From: Chloroflexota bacterium
GTDB lineage: Bacteria; Chloroflexota; Anaerolineae; Anaerolineales; UBA11858
DNA: 64,000 nt
Direction of reading: 5' to 3'
NCBI GenBank assembly: GCA_016865865.1
Contig: VGOC01000003.1
Span: forward strand, 24,938-88,937
Part shown: one piece after another, positions 17,596 to 27,690 of the stretch
Position numbering within the stretch: the stretch's first letter is position 1
How the letters are laid out: every line of letters starts with the position of its first letter
Position numbers and translations under genes: made by a program
Notes under the pieces: model-generated
The model's input: the letters and a program-made list of their open reading frames with translations, nothing else
What the model was told of the DNA's origin: nothing
Database searches by the model: none

Positions 17596-19518
17596 TCATT
17601 CTTCGAGGAGTCCGAAGCCGAAGGGGAAGAGCGCTTCGCCAGATTGGGCGTTGTGGATGTTCAGCGGCAGTTGATCGTTGGTCCACGGCCAGGTGTAGGG
17701 CAACCTGCCATTGAAGGGATAATCGCCGAAGAGCACATCGGCCACGCCAGCGCCCTCACTGCCTGGCAGCCAGGCGGCTACCAGGGCGTCCATCATGGGC
17801 AGCTGGTCGCTGAGAACCAGCGGCCTGCCGGAAAGCAGGATGACGACCAATTTTTGGCAGCGTTCGCGGGCGCGGGCGATCAGGTCGCTGTCGGCCTGGG
17901 CGAGGGTCAGGTCAGCCTGGTCGCCGACGCCCTCGGCATACGGTTGCTCGCTGATCACCACGATGCCGATATCGGCGATGGCTGGCTGTCCGCTGGCATC
18001 GAAGACTTGATCGAAACGGCCAAAGCGGTTGTATTCCACCTGGGTACCCGGCGAGATGGCAGCCTGTATTCCTTCCAGGATGGTCGTGCCAGGGGTGATC
18101 ATTCCGGATTTGCCCTGCCATTCGATCGTCCAGCCGCCAGCTTGCAGGCCAATATTCTCGGCGCCCTCGCCGGCGACGAAGATCAGCGGGGTATCTTTTG
18201 GGACCGGCAGGGTCCGATGTTCGTTTTTGAGCAGCACCAGCGACTGGCGCACGGCCTGACGCGCCAATGACCGGTGATCTTGCGAACCGACGGCTTCTAC
18301 CAGCGCCGGGTCGCTGAATGGCTGCTCGAAAAGCCCCAGAGCAAACTTGGCGCGCAGAATGCGTTCAACAGCATCGTCAATGCGTTCGATGGAAACACTG
18401 CCTTCGTTCACAGCGCGAGTAAGCGAATCGATGAAGGTTTTGTAATCATATGGCGTCATCACCATGTCTATCCCGGCGTTGATCGCCGCGACCACCGCGG
18501 CGTCGTAATCATCCGATATCTGGTCAATGGCTTGCCAGTCGGAGACGATGAAACCCTCGAAGCCTAATTCGCCCTTGAGCACCTCGTTGAGCAGGTAGTG
18601 ATGGGCGTGTAGTTTATCTCCATTCCAACTGTTGAATGAGGCCATGATGCTCAACGCGCCGGCTTCGACAGCAGCCTGGTAGGGCGGCAGGAAGAGCGCC
18701 CGCAGTTCCGCCTCAGTCAGGCGCGTGTCGCCCTGGTCGAGCAAGAAAGGTTGTATATTGATCGTCTTCGATGAGCCGAACGCCGTGCCGCCATCACCGA
18801 GGTAATGTTTGGGTGTAGCCAGAACATAGATCGGGCCTCCCGACCAGTTTTCGGGCGGGGTCTGCAACCCCTGGAGATATGGGACCGCCAGGCGCGTGAC
18901 CAGTGTGGTGTCTTCGCTATACCCTTCGTAGGTGCGCCCCCAGCGAATATCCTGTGGGATGGAGACCACCGGAGCGAAGTTCCAGTGGATTCCAGTGGCT
19001 CGCATTTCTACCGCGGTGGCCTGGCCGATGGCGAACATCAAATCAGGGTCATCCACCGCGCCCAGGCCGATATTATGCGGAAAGACGGTTGCCCCTTCGA
19101 GGTTAGCGTGCCCATGGACGGCATCAACGCCGTAGAGAATAGGAATCCCCAGGCGGGTTTCCAGGGCCGCCTGTTGGAATGAAGCAACCATCTCGGCCCA
19201 GACGGCGACCGTGTTCTTGGGAGGCGACCCGCCTCCGCCGCTGAGCACCGAGCCGATGAAGTACTTGGCTACCGCCTTGGGGGTGACGCTGTTCTTCTCG
19301 ACTTGAGTCATCTGGCCGATTTTTTCCGCCAGGGTCATGCGGGCGAGCAGATCAGCGATGCGGGCTTCGCTGGGTTGGGCGGGGTCTTTGTAAATTGGAG
19401 GGGACGTAGTGGGTTCAGGCATGGTTACCTCGATTAGGGTTGGCGATGGAGTGACACAACCTGCAAGAAGGATTCCTGTTAGAAACAGGTACAGGAGTTG
19501 GGATATCAAGCGGGGCAT
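17596..19518 (-). CDS. Glycoside hydrolase family 3 exo-beta-glycosidase, lipoprotein
   Basis: Lipobox LLAGC. BglX/ExoI-type motifs KHYLGDGGT and GFIVSDW. 640 aa with N- and C-terminal GH3 domains. Confidence 0.85.
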   Translation of the reverse strand: MPRLISQLLYLFLTGILLAGCVTPSPTLIEVTMPEPTTSPPIYKDPAQPSEARIADLLARMTLAEKIGQMTQVEKNSVTPKAVAKYFIGSVLSGGGGSPPKNTVAVWAEMVASFQQAALETRLGIPILYGVDAVHGHANLEGATVFPHNIGLGAVDDPDLMFAIGQATAVEMRATGIHWNFAPVVSIPQDIRWGRTYEGYSEDTTLVTRLAVPYLQGLQTPPENWSGGPIYVLATPKHYLGDGGTAFGSSKTINIQPFLLDQGDTRLTEAELRALFLPPYQAAVEAGALSIMASFNSWNGDKLHAHHYLLNEVLKGELGFEGFIVSDWQAIDQISDDYDAAVVAAINAGIDMVMTPYDYKTFIDSLTRAVNEGSVSIERIDDAVERILRAKFALGLFEQPFSDPALVEAVGSQDHRSLARQAVRQSLVLLKNEHRTLPVPKDTPLIFVAGEGAENIGLQAGGWTIEWQGKSGMITPGTTILEGIQAAISPGTQVEYNRFGRFDQVFDASGQPAIADIGIVVISEQPYAEGVGDQADLTLAQADSDLIARARERCQKLVVILLSGRPLVLSDQLPMMDALVAAWLPGSEGAGVADVLFGDYPFNGRLPYTWPWTNDQLPLNIHNAQSGEALFPFGFGLLEE

Positions 19519-19554
19519 TTCATCACGGCTGTTTGCGTTGGTTATGATTCTTGG

Positions 19555-20382
19555 TCAACCAATTTCGGCAAAGGAAATCAATTCGATGCCTTTCTGAGCG
19601 ATCATTTCTTTTATTGATGGGTTGGTGAGGAGATGTAATTCGCTTTCGCGCTGGCGCGAATAGTACGAGGAGGCAATCAGGCTGGGATCGGCGTAACCTG
19701 GGTGGCACATCATTTCCGAGATTCCCTCGCCGAGCTGGTCGAGGATGCGAAGCAGCTCCTCACGCGTTGCCAGGTCGTCGTAGAAGCTGCCGAAGAAAGC
19801 ATCCGGGCGGCGCGGCTCGAACTCAGCCAGCAGGCGCGGAGCGTAATCCTGGATAGGTCCCTGCACTTGTTCGGGAAGGCTATCCAGGCCGCCGTCGGAT
19901 CGGAAGGCGCGTGGCAGGCGGATCGCGCAGTTGTATTCGCAGGCCAGTTCTAGCATCGCGCGCATCAACGGTTCACTGAAGAAGGATGAGTGATGATGCG
20001 AATCCAGGTGTGTAGGGCGGCGGCCCGAGGCAGCGATGAAGGCTTCGATTTGAGCGCGCCATTCGATCTTAACCTGGGCGATATCGGTCTCCTCGAGGCG
20101 GGTTAAGAGCCTATCGTATTTCGGAAACCAACCCTGGGGGTCGGTCAGCGTGTCCACAGCTTCGGGAGGGGAGAGCGGCTTACCGGCAGTCAACACCAGG
20201 TGCACTCCCATTCCTATATCAGGCGTCTCTTCCATGGCGATACGGATATCCGCCGTAGTGGTGGGCATATTCATCATGCAGGTGGTCGAAGTAACGATGC
20301 CTTGCAGATGAGCCTGACGCACACCGCGCGAAACCTCGGCTGTACGGCCATAGTCATCGGCATTGACAATCAGACGGATCAT
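19555..20382 (-). CDS. ChbG/YdjC family carbohydrate (chitooligosaccharide) deacetylase
   Basis: MIRLIVNADDYGRTAEVSRGV...THLDSHHH is typical of the YdjC family, 275 aa. Confidence 0.85.
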   Translation of the reverse strand: MIRLIVNADDYGRTAEVSRGVRQAHLQGIVTSTTCMMNMPTTTADIRIAMEETPDIGMGVHLVLTAGKPLSPPEAVDTLTDPQGWFPKYDRLLTRLEETDIAQVKIEWRAQIEAFIAASGRRPTHLDSHHHSSFFSEPLMRAMLELACEYNCAIRLPRAFRSDGGLDSLPEQVQGPIQDYAPRLLAEFEPRRPDAFFGSFYDDLATREELLRILDQLGEGISEMMCHPGYADPSLIASSYYSRQRESELHLLTNPSIKEMIAQKGIELISFAEIG

Positions 20383-20421
20383 GATGCGCTGTCTCCTATG
20401 CAGAGTTGATCTGTGTAATCA

Positions 20422-21387
20422 CTATGGTATCTCACCTGAGACGATTCGGTGAATGGCCAGCAGCAGCGAGTGTTCGTCCTGGCTATCGTGATCCAGCGCC
20501 CAGAACATGATCCCGCCAGCAGATTGCATGGCCAAACAGGTTTTCGCCTGGATAGTGGGGATGCCGTTATAACGCTGCGGCGCGCCAAGGAGATCGAAAG
20601 TATCTCCCTTGGCGGCAGCGGGGTTGGCGGCGACCAGGTGGGCATAGGGTGCGCCGTCAGGGCGGGTATAGAAAGGCAGGCCCATCACCACCTTTTCGGG
20701 CGGCAGGCCGCGCCCCAGCCAGTATTCCAATCCTTTTTGGAATTGCTCCATACTGCCGTGATCCGGACCGTCATAGGTCATGACATTGACGAAATCCATC
20801 AGCCCGAAGGCTTCGGCGGGGATACCCTGGCCATATTCGTCGCCATAAGCGATCACTGCTGCGGTGAGCGATTTCTCAGATGGCAAGGCAGCGCGCAGTT
20901 CTGTCATCAAAGCCAGGAAATTCTCAGCTGACTGGCCCGGGTCGGGATATTCCCAATCGATATCAACCCCGTCCAGATCGTAAACCTCGACGAATTCCAT
21001 TAGATTATGCACGAAGGCTGAGCGGGATTCCTTGTGGGCTGATAGCTGCTCGAATTGCTCGTCCCAGCCCCAACCGCCGACCGAGAGGAAGACCTCTACC
21101 CCCTGGGCGTGACCCAGCTCGACGATCTTTTCCAGCTTCCAGGCATTATTCAAGCTGACAAAGCTCCCATTGGTGTTAGGGATCAGGAAGGCATAGTTGA
21201 TGTGTGTAAGCCGGTCGAAGGAGATCAGTTCTGTGATGATCGCCTCGGTGGCGTATGCAATGACACGAAATGAGGGTGTGGGCATGGCGATAGATTCTAT
21301 TTCAGATGATGTCTTTAGTGCGCTGCAAGCACAAAGGAGCAGGATGATGCCAACAACCCAGCCATTCTTTGCCAGTTCGATTTGCAT
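20422..21387 (-). CDS. Glycoside hydrolase family 18 (chitinase-like), lipoprotein/secreted
   Basis: Catalytic DGVDIDWEYP (DxxDxDxE) motif. ORF 20422..21420 trimmed to MQIELAKNGWVVGIILLLCAC (aa 12), whose ATG overlaps the kinase stop (TAATG). Confidence 0.85.
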   Translation of the reverse strand: MQIELAKNGWVVGIILLLCACSALKTSSEIESIAMPTPSFRVIAYATEAIITELISFDRLTHINYAFLIPNTNGSFVSLNNAWKLEKIVELGHAQGVEVFLSVGGWGWDEQFEQLSAHKESRSAFVHNLMEFVEVYDLDGVDIDWEYPDPGQSAENFLALMTELRAALPSEKSLTAAVIAYGDEYGQGIPAEAFGLMDFVNVMTYDGPDHGSMEQFQKGLEYWLGRGLPPEKVVMGLPFYTRPDGAPYAHLVAANPAAAKGDTFDLLGAPQRYNGIPTIQAKTCLAMQSAGGIMFWALDHDSQDEHSLLLAIHRIVSGEIP

Positions 21388-22385
21388 TACGGATTTTCCC
21401 TGGTAGGGGTATTCATCCAATCACTCAATGAATGGCAGATCGTTTTTCGAATGACAGGTGTGGTCTCTAAGCCCGCAGCAGACATGCCGATCAGCACCGC
21501 TCCCATGACAGGAGAAACCTTCAGACGCACCAACCGGGCTTGAGGAGCGATTTTGTGGATGGTCTCGCGCATCGGGTCAATCAACAGATCGCCGCCTCTG
21601 AACATGCTCCCGGAGAGCACGACGTCGAAGGCCAATTCTTGAAAACTCAATTGGCGGATGACGCTATTGGCCATCTCGCCCAGTTCGGTTCCAGCCCAGC
21701 GGATCAGGTCGCAGGCCACCGGGTCTCCCTGGCGCGCCACGTCGAAGATCAGCGGGGCAATATCAGGGCCAACCGAGTATTGATCTTCGGTATAGCCTTC
21801 GATGAAGCCGTCGAGATCTTTCGCGCCGGTGTATTGGATGAATACATCGCTCAGCGCGGTCAGCGGCACGCGTTTCGCCCAGGAACGACCGACCAGTTGT
21901 AAAGCGCGGAAGATCAATTCGGAAGCGCCTGCGCCTTCGCCCATTCTGGTCCCATAACCGGTGACTCGGCCTTCGCGCTGATGTTCACGGTCCCAGCCGC
22001 GGCAATTGCAACCCGTTCCAGAAATAACCGCCACGCCCCAGCCCTCTTCGGCGCCGGCCACCAGACTGGGGATGGTGTCATTGACGATAAGATATGGCGC
22101 ATCCAGACCAAGCCGGTCAAGCACAGCCTGGGTGCGCGGTTTTTCCGAGGGCCAGTCGTATCCGGCGATGCCGAAACCGGCTCCGGCGATGTCTATCGCC
22201 GATAGCCGCGCCGAACTCATTGCTCTCTGAAATGCGGTATTCAGGGATTCGAACATACCCTCATAACCGACGGATTGGTGGTTGGCGGGACCGCCTTCGC
22301 CAAAACTGGCAACACGCCCGTTCTCGTCGGCGATGACGATATGGGTCTTCGTTCCGCCAAGATCGGCGCCAAGAAAATATCGCAT
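21387..22385 (-). CDS. BadF/BadG/BcrA/BcrD-type ATPase (N-acetylglucosamine/glucosamine kinase-like)
   Basis: ORF trimmed to MRYFLGADLGGTKTHIVIADENGR (aa 19). ASKHA-fold phosphate-1 motif. Confidence 0.8.
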   Translation of the reverse strand: MRYFLGADLGGTKTHIVIADENGRVASFGEGGPANHQSVGYEGMFESLNTAFQRAMSSARLSAIDIAGAGFGIAGYDWPSEKPRTQAVLDRLGLDAPYLIVNDTIPSLVAGAEEGWGVAVISGTGCNCRGWDREHQREGRVTGYGTRMGEGAGASELIFRALQLVGRSWAKRVPLTALSDVFIQYTGAKDLDGFIEGYTEDQYSVGPDIAPLIFDVARQGDPVACDLIRWAGTELGEMANSVIRQLSFQELAFDVVLSGSMFRGGDLLIDPMRETIHKIAPQARLVRLKVSPVMGAVLIGMSAAGLETTPVIRKTICHSLSDWMNTPTRENP

Positions 22386-22425
22386 AGTTGCTTGCCTTAG
22401 AGACTGTTTTAAAAGTCGCCAGAAA

Positions 22426-22513
22426 CCACAGAGAAACACAGATGAACACCGATTTTCTTGATGAACAGCCGTCTTTCATCGCCGAAATCCCTTTTATCTG
22501 TGTTCATCTGTGG
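22426..22513. repeat. Family H palindromic repeat (CCACAGA..ACAGATGAACAC / GTGTTCATCTGTGG)
   Basis: Terminal inverted repeats seen directly. Single copy in this window. Confidence 0.65.
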
Positions 22514-22543
22514 CTGATTTGAGTTTTAAAACACTCTCTTAAT

Positions 22544-22592
22544 GAGTTCCCTGAAAAAACTCGTGAATGTCCGTAATTTTTTCAGTGGCCTC
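22544..22592. repeat. Family A arms-only form (no GC-rich core)
   Basis: GAGTTCCCTGAAAAAACTCGTGAA-TGTCCG-TAATTTTTTCAGTGGCCTC. The outer arms match Family A but the ~60-nt core is absent. Confidence 0.7.
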
Positions 22593-22593
22593 C

Positions 22594-23886
22594 TTAATCG
22601 AATTGCGGCAAATAATCCCGGTGGGTTTCGATCAAATCCTCCAGAACCGCCTGGATGTTGTCCGCCGAGGGGCCGAGGGGGTGGGCCAGTAGAGCCTGGT
22701 AAGCGGCCAGCCGGTCGCCATGGACCGCCGCCTCGACGGTAAGCAATTCGTAGGATTTTACTGCGGCTATCAGCGAAAAGCAAGCTGGCGGCAAAGGTTC
22801 TGCTGGCAGCGGCGTGATACCGGCGCGACTGACTCTGGCGGGCAATTCCAGCACCCAATCGGCAGGCCATGTTGCCACCGCCGCCCCGTTAGGCACGTTG
22901 ACGATATGCGTTTCGCCCAGGTCGTTGTAGTGGGCATTGAGCAACTGCGTAGCAACGGTGGAATAATACGCCCCGCCGCGTTTCATCAGGTCTGCAGGCG
23001 GCTCTTCGAGACTGGGGTCAGCATACTGGCGAAGCAGGTCTTTTTCGACCTCGATGACCTCTTCAGCGCGCGAGGGGGGCCAGCTATTTTGGGCAGCCAG
23101 CTTTTTCTCGGTGAAATAGAAATACTGCAAATAATAATTGGGGATCATACGCAACGAGGCTACGGTGGCGGGATCCCATTCGGGGTGCTCGACAGATTCG
23201 AGGTGGGTGATATAGCCCTCGATGACCTTTGGCCAGAGGTCTTCGCCAGCGATGGTCAGGCCGCGGTGCCAGGAGAGATGATTCAATCCCAGGGTTTGCA
23301 GTTCCGCCTCGAAAGGATCAAACTTACCACATCCGGTCATTTCCAGGTTTTTGAGTATGTGCATCTTGGCGGTGATAGCCACGTTACAGACACCCACCGA
23401 GGGGATGTCAGCGGCATACTGGCTGAGGGCCTGGGTGACCAACCCGGCCGGGTTTGTGAAATTAACCAGCAGAGCGCCAGGCGCGGCTACTGCGCGCATG
23501 TCTCCAGCGATGCCAAGCAGGACGGGGATAGTGCGCAGGGCTTTGGCCATGCCGCCCACCCCAGTGGTCTCCTGCCCAATCAGGCCATGCCGGCGCCCAA
23601 GGTATTCGTCCTTGCGGCGGGCTTCCATCTGCCCGACACGCAATTGAGTGATGACATAGGCTGCCCCTTCGATCGAACCACGTTGATCGTTGCTCAGGAT
23701 CACCTCGAAGGGCGACCCCCTGGCCGCCACGATGCGCTGAGCAAATCCGCCAACGATCTGGAGTCGATACGGATCGTTATCCATCAACCAGAGTTCCTCG
23801 AGCGGGAATTCCCTCGCCCGGGCGATAAAACCATTGACCAGTTCGGGGGTGTACGTCGAGCCACCACCGATGACAGCTACTTTCAT
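22594..23886 (-). CDS. Glycoside hydrolase family 4 (NAD+/Mn2+-dependent; ChbF/6-phospho-beta-glucosidase-like)
   Basis: ORF trimmed to MKVAVIGGGSTYTPELVNGF (aa 6). GH4 Rossmann N-terminus and the CNVAITA/GLNH region. Confidence 0.85.
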   Translation of the reverse strand: MKVAVIGGGSTYTPELVNGFIARAREFPLEELWLMDNDPYRLQIVGGFAQRIVAARGSPFEVILSNDQRGSIEGAAYVITQLRVGQMEARRKDEYLGRRHGLIGQETTGVGGMAKALRTIPVLLGIAGDMRAVAAPGALLVNFTNPAGLVTQALSQYAADIPSVGVCNVAITAKMHILKNLEMTGCGKFDPFEAELQTLGLNHLSWHRGLTIAGEDLWPKVIEGYITHLESVEHPEWDPATVASLRMIPNYYLQYFYFTEKKLAAQNSWPPSRAEEVIEVEKDLLRQYADPSLEEPPADLMKRGGAYYSTVATQLLNAHYNDLGETHIVNVPNGAAVATWPADWVLELPARVSRAGITPLPAEPLPPACFSLIAAVKSYELLTVEAAVHGDRLAAYQALLAHPLGPSADNIQAVLEDLIETHRDYLPQFD

Positions 23887-23924
23887 AAGATTGTGCCCCA
23901 AGAAATGGTAGGAATGAACATGTG

Positions 23925-24998
23925 CTATTTTTCGACCCCGGTAAAGACGATGCCTTGCATGAAGATGCGTTGCGCCAGGAAGAAGATGATGATTGGCACG
24001 AGCAGACCCAGGAGCGAGCTGGCCTGGATCATGTGCGGTTGGGCAAAATAACGCGCATTGTAGAGCTGGATCCCAATAGAGATGGGTTGTAATTCTCGTT
24101 CTGTCGAGAGATAGAGCAACGGCTGGAAAAAGTCATTCCAGGACCACATAAAGTGGAACATTCCCACGGCAACGATAGCCGGGATAGATTGGGGAAGTAT
24201 TACCGAAAAGAGGATGCGCATGGGGCTAGCCCCATCGATCATGGCTGCCTCGTCTAATTCTTTTGGGATAGTCATGAAAAATTGACGGAGGAGGAAGACA
24301 TTATACGCGTTGGCGAAGAAGTGGGGAATGATCAATGGAAGCCAAGTACCTATCCAACCAATACGTTCGAAAACGACATAGGTTGGTACGATCGTGACGA
24401 ATTCTGGGAGTATGATGGTGGAAATCAGAGCCATGAAGAGGATATTTTTCCCCGGAATACGGAAGCGAGAAAATCCATAGGCAACCGCAATGCAAGAAAT
24501 CAATGTGCCTATGGAACCCGTGATCGCGATGACCAATGTATTCCGCAGCAAGCGAGGCATGTTAAGCCCTTTCCAGGCTTCGGAAAAATTTTCCCATACT
24601 GGACTAACACTCCAAACCCTTTCCAAAGTGCGCCACCTGCCTGTCCATTCGGTTGGGCCAGCCTCCAGGTTCGTGGGATCGATAAAGGTGCTTTCTTCTC
24701 TGCCTTTTTTGAGGATGGCCCATTCATGTACTTTGCCATCCTCGGTTGGCACCAGGTAAACCGCCAACTCCTGGCCTTCATAATTGAAGGTCGCCTCCTT
24801 AGAAGGTAGGATAGGGGCATTGGGGTCGGCGATCATCGAACGATCCTTGATGGCTGTGACTGTCATATAGCCGAAAGGCGATAAGTAAGTCGAGATGATG
24901 ATCAGGGCGAAAAGGGTGAGGCTGGCGCTGAAGAGAAATACTCGCATACGGTTCGATAATAACGTGGTCGAACGATCTGTTCTAATAGCCATCGTCAC
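23925..24998 (-). CDS. Carbohydrate ABC transporter permease (MalG-like, with a large extracytoplasmic loop)
   Basis: EAA loop PKELDEAAMIDGASPMRILFSVILP. ATGA-type overlap with the upstream permease. Confidence 0.85.
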   Translation of the reverse strand: MTMAIRTDRSTTLLSNRMRVFLFSASLTLFALIIISTYLSPFGYMTVTAIKDRSMIADPNAPILPSKEATFNYEGQELAVYLVPTEDGKVHEWAILKKGREESTFIDPTNLEAGPTEWTGRWRTLERVWSVSPVWENFSEAWKGLNMPRLLRNTLVIAITGSIGTLISCIAVAYGFSRFRIPGKNILFMALISTIILPEFVTIVPTYVVFERIGWIGTWLPLIIPHFFANAYNVFLLRQFFMTIPKELDEAAMIDGASPMRILFSVILPQSIPAIVAVGMFHFMWSWNDFFQPLLYLSTERELQPISIGIQLYNARYFAQPHMIQASSLLGLLVPIIIFFLAQRIFMQGIVFTGVEK

Positions 24999-25954
24999 AC
25001 CTCCTCCGCTGCATAAAACACCCAGTATTTTTGGGTCGAAAAGAGTATTATGGTCACAACAATAGCAAATAAGAAAAGTATCCAGGCCATTGTCGCCCCC
25101 ATACCCATGTCAGAATAAGCAAATGCTTCTTTGTAAAGATACATCCCATAGAACCAGGTCGCATTCCCCGGATCCCCATTTGGCCCCTTGAGAACATATG
25201 GAACTAAAAAATACATCAGGATACCAATCGAGGAGAGCACAAGGTTGTAGAAAATAATCGGCGTGATCATAGGTATCGTGATATGCCAGAATGTGGCGAA
25301 AGCACCTGCGCCATCCACACGCGCTGCTTCGTATAATTCTGTGGGTATCCCCTGCATGGTAGCGAGGGTGTACAGCATCATATCACCGACGCCCCACAAT
25401 CCGATTAGCACCAATGCAGGGTAGATCCAGGCAACTGTGTTGATCCAATCTGGTCCTGGTATGCCGATTGATTCGAGAGCAATATTAACCCACCCCGTGC
25501 GAGCATTCAAAACACCCTGCCAGATGTAAACGACCGACACCATCGGGACGATTTTTGGCATATAGAATAATGTGGTAAAGATGCGCTTCCATCTCAAACT
25601 CTTTTGATTCAACAAAGCTGCCATCAGAATGGGTTGAATAATACCTATAGGCAATGAAATAAGGGCAAAAGTTAGCGAAACCTTTATTGCAACGCCTGCC
25701 AAAGGATCGCCGAAGAAGCGGATATAGTTCTCCAGCCCGGCCCATTGAACATCCTCTCTATGCAGAAGGTTGAAAGAAGTAAAAGAAAAAACCAACGAAG
25801 CAATCATTGGAAGGAATTTCCAGAGGAAAAAACCAATAATCCATGGAGAGAGGAAAAGCAAACCCCAATTCGCTTCACGCCGGGCGAGCTTGCTGAGCTT
25901 GCCTCGGGTGAACCTGAGATTTCTAAGCGTGAATTCAGAAAACATTGTTGTCAT
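24995..25954 (-). CDS. Carbohydrate ABC transporter permease (MalF-like)
   Basis: EAA loop PTELYEAARVDGAGAFATFWHITIP, 319 aa. Confidence 0.85.
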   Translation of the reverse strand: MTTMFSEFTLRNLRFTRGKLSKLARREANWGLLFLSPWIIGFFLWKFLPMIASLVFSFTSFNLLHREDVQWAGLENYIRFFGDPLAGVAIKVSLTFALISLPIGIIQPILMAALLNQKSLRWKRIFTTLFYMPKIVPMVSVVYIWQGVLNARTGWVNIALESIGIPGPDWINTVAWIYPALVLIGLWGVGDMMLYTLATMQGIPTELYEAARVDGAGAFATFWHITIPMITPIIFYNLVLSSIGILMYFLVPYVLKGPNGDPGNATWFYGMYLYKEAFAYSDMGMGATMAWILFLFAIVVTIILFSTQKYWVFYAAEEV

Positions 25955-25971
25955 GGCTTACTCCTATGAGG

Positions 25972-26003
25972 GTGGGGTCAGCTCACACAGCAGCTGACCC
26001 CAC
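25972..26003 (-). other. Intercistronic hairpin between the binding-protein and permease genes
   Basis: GTGGGGTCAGCT-CACACAGC-AGCTGACCCCAC forms a 12-bp perfect stem. Its position after the SBP gene is typical of mRNA-stabilising or attenuating hairpins in ABC operons. Confidence 0.5.
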
Positions 26004-26051
26004 ATTCCTTCTCGCATTGCTACTCCATCCCCCTGAGGCAATAGTTCCATG

Positions 26052-27485
26052 TCATTTGGCTTCGTCGAAAATAACCTGTAGGTCTGCCACCAGATTATCA
26101 AGTTCAGCATTGATATCGAGGTCAGGAGTAGACTCATACAGGGTCTGAAAAGCGCCAATGCGGTCGTAGGCCTTGGCGTAGTTGGGCAGGTTGGACTCGT
26201 GATTAGGAACGTCAGGGTAAGCCAATCCTTGAACGGCTACGTCCCAATTGACGCCCTGCGGGAAGCGCTCATCCATTGTAGCAAAGAACTCTTCCTGCAA
26301 GCTGATGCGACCAGGCATACCGCCATAAATCTGTAACAGATCTCCAGCAGCCTCGCCAGTCAAATAAAGGAGAACCTCCACGGCTTCTTCTGGGTTTTCA
26401 GTCGAGGCGAAAATGCGGAAGGTATCCGCATGGAGCTTGACGGTCACATCACCGGCATCATTGTAGGAAGGAACGACTGCCATATCCCAATTCGGGACGT
26501 TGCCAAGGCAGCATGTGTACCAAAGGTGACAGTGCACTATGGCAACATTACCGGAGTCAAAGGGATTGCCGGCTGCCAACAGGTCGCTCTCCTGGTATGT
26601 CGTGTTGGGCATGAAGTGCTTGACGTGCATACCCTCATAATACCAGTTGAAAGCACTGCGCCAGCGCTCGGAAAGGACTGCATTACCTTCATCGTCAATA
26701 AAATTGTCTGCGCCGAAGAGAGCTGCGGCCTGCCCGCGTGGATCAGTCCACTGGGAGTGGTAGCCAAATTGGACGATATTTTTCGGATCGAAGTCTGGGC
26801 TATTGGCATCGTTGCCGTTAGCGTCAACTGTCAGGGCTAATGCAAGCTCTTCGAGCTTCTCGACGGTCCAGGGATCACCATCCGCATAGGGATCACCGTA
26901 GTTCTGGGGCGGATAAGCCAGGCCAGCCTCATCGAACAGGTCACGATTGTAGTAGATCATCGAAGGGAACACGGCGAAAGGAAGTCCAAGCAATCCTTCG
27001 CCCTCCAAACGATAGGCGTTGATAGAGTCAGCATCGAAATCCCCCCAATCGAACGCGCCCAAATACGGTTCGAGATCCAGGAAGAGACCGGAGAATTCAT
27101 TCGTGCCGCTCCAGCCAACAGGACCGATGATATCTGGGGGGTCGCCAGCAGCAATCTGTGTCTTCAATTGATCGGGAGCTATTGAGTTTTCCACGAATTC
27201 GACCACCAGCTCGATATTATCATGGGTTTCATTGAAACGAGCGACGACTTCTTCCTGGCCAGGGATGTGTTCTGGGTTAGCGCCAGTACCCAGGCCAACG
27301 AACCATCGAATGGTCACCTTCTCGGGTGGCGCGGCCTCTTCAGCGGGCGCCGCTTCTTCAACAGGCGCGGCTTCTTCGGCAGGCGCGGCTGCTTCGGGCG
27401 CGGCTGGCGCCGGTGGCTTACATGCCGCCAGCAGCATCGCCGCGATCACGAGCAGTGAAAACAGAACAGTCAATATCTTTTTCAT
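26052..27485 (-). CDS. Carbohydrate ABC transporter substrate-binding lipoprotein
   Basis: ORF trimmed to MKKILTVLFSLLVIAAMLLAAC (GAGGAG RBS). An Ala/Pro/Glu-rich tether (APAAPEAAAPAEEAAPVEEAAPAEEAAPPEK) precedes an SBP_bac_1-like fold. Confidence 0.85.
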   Translation of the reverse strand: MKKILTVLFSLLVIAAMLLAACKPPAPAAPEAAAPAEEAAPVEEAAPAEEAAPPEKVTIRWFVGLGTGANPEHIPGQEEVVARFNETHDNIELVVEFVENSIAPDQLKTQIAAGDPPDIIGPVGWSGTNEFSGLFLDLEPYLGAFDWGDFDADSINAYRLEGEGLLGLPFAVFPSMIYYNRDLFDEAGLAYPPQNYGDPYADGDPWTVEKLEELALALTVDANGNDANSPDFDPKNIVQFGYHSQWTDPRGQAAALFGADNFIDDEGNAVLSERWRSAFNWYYEGMHVKHFMPNTTYQESDLLAAGNPFDSGNVAIVHCHLWYTCCLGNVPNWDMAVVPSYNDAGDVTVKLHADTFRIFASTENPEEAVEVLLYLTGEAAGDLLQIYGGMPGRISLQEEFFATMDERFPQGVNWDVAVQGLAYPDVPNHESNLPNYAKAYDRIGAFQTLYESTPDLDINAELDNLVADLQVIFDEAK

Positions 27486-27587
27486 GATATTTCTCCTCAC
27501 GGAATAACTTGTTGTGGATAAAGTAGTACAGTGTTATTCAAAAGGAATTTTTCGATAGAGCACCTCCTCCTTTGAAAGTAGTTTTTC

Positions 27588-27626
27588 GTAACTGCTCAGC
27601 CATCGAACGGATTGGTGTGTAGTTAC
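27588..27626. repeat. Family B arm-only fragment
   Basis: GTAACTGCTCAGCCATCGAACGGATT...AGTTAC matches the Family B outer arm without the CCCGAAAAAAGGG core. Confidence 0.65.
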
Positions 27627-27690
27627 AGTTTTTCATACATCAAGTAGCCTCCATGAAAGGAAGGATGAACTCCTGACGATGGAGGCATGA

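Noticed and set aside
17471-17674. Recurrent small ORFs encoding the same peptide (…SSLKKLLNEGAGRHIWGCVRSTHPHICRP…) at 17471, 22542, 33177, 41149 and the 5' end of ORF 39996..41303.
   Set aside because: They are translations of the Family A palindromic repeat. The 'conservation' reflects repeat identity, not a gene family. Real gene starts with good RBS lie outside the repeat.
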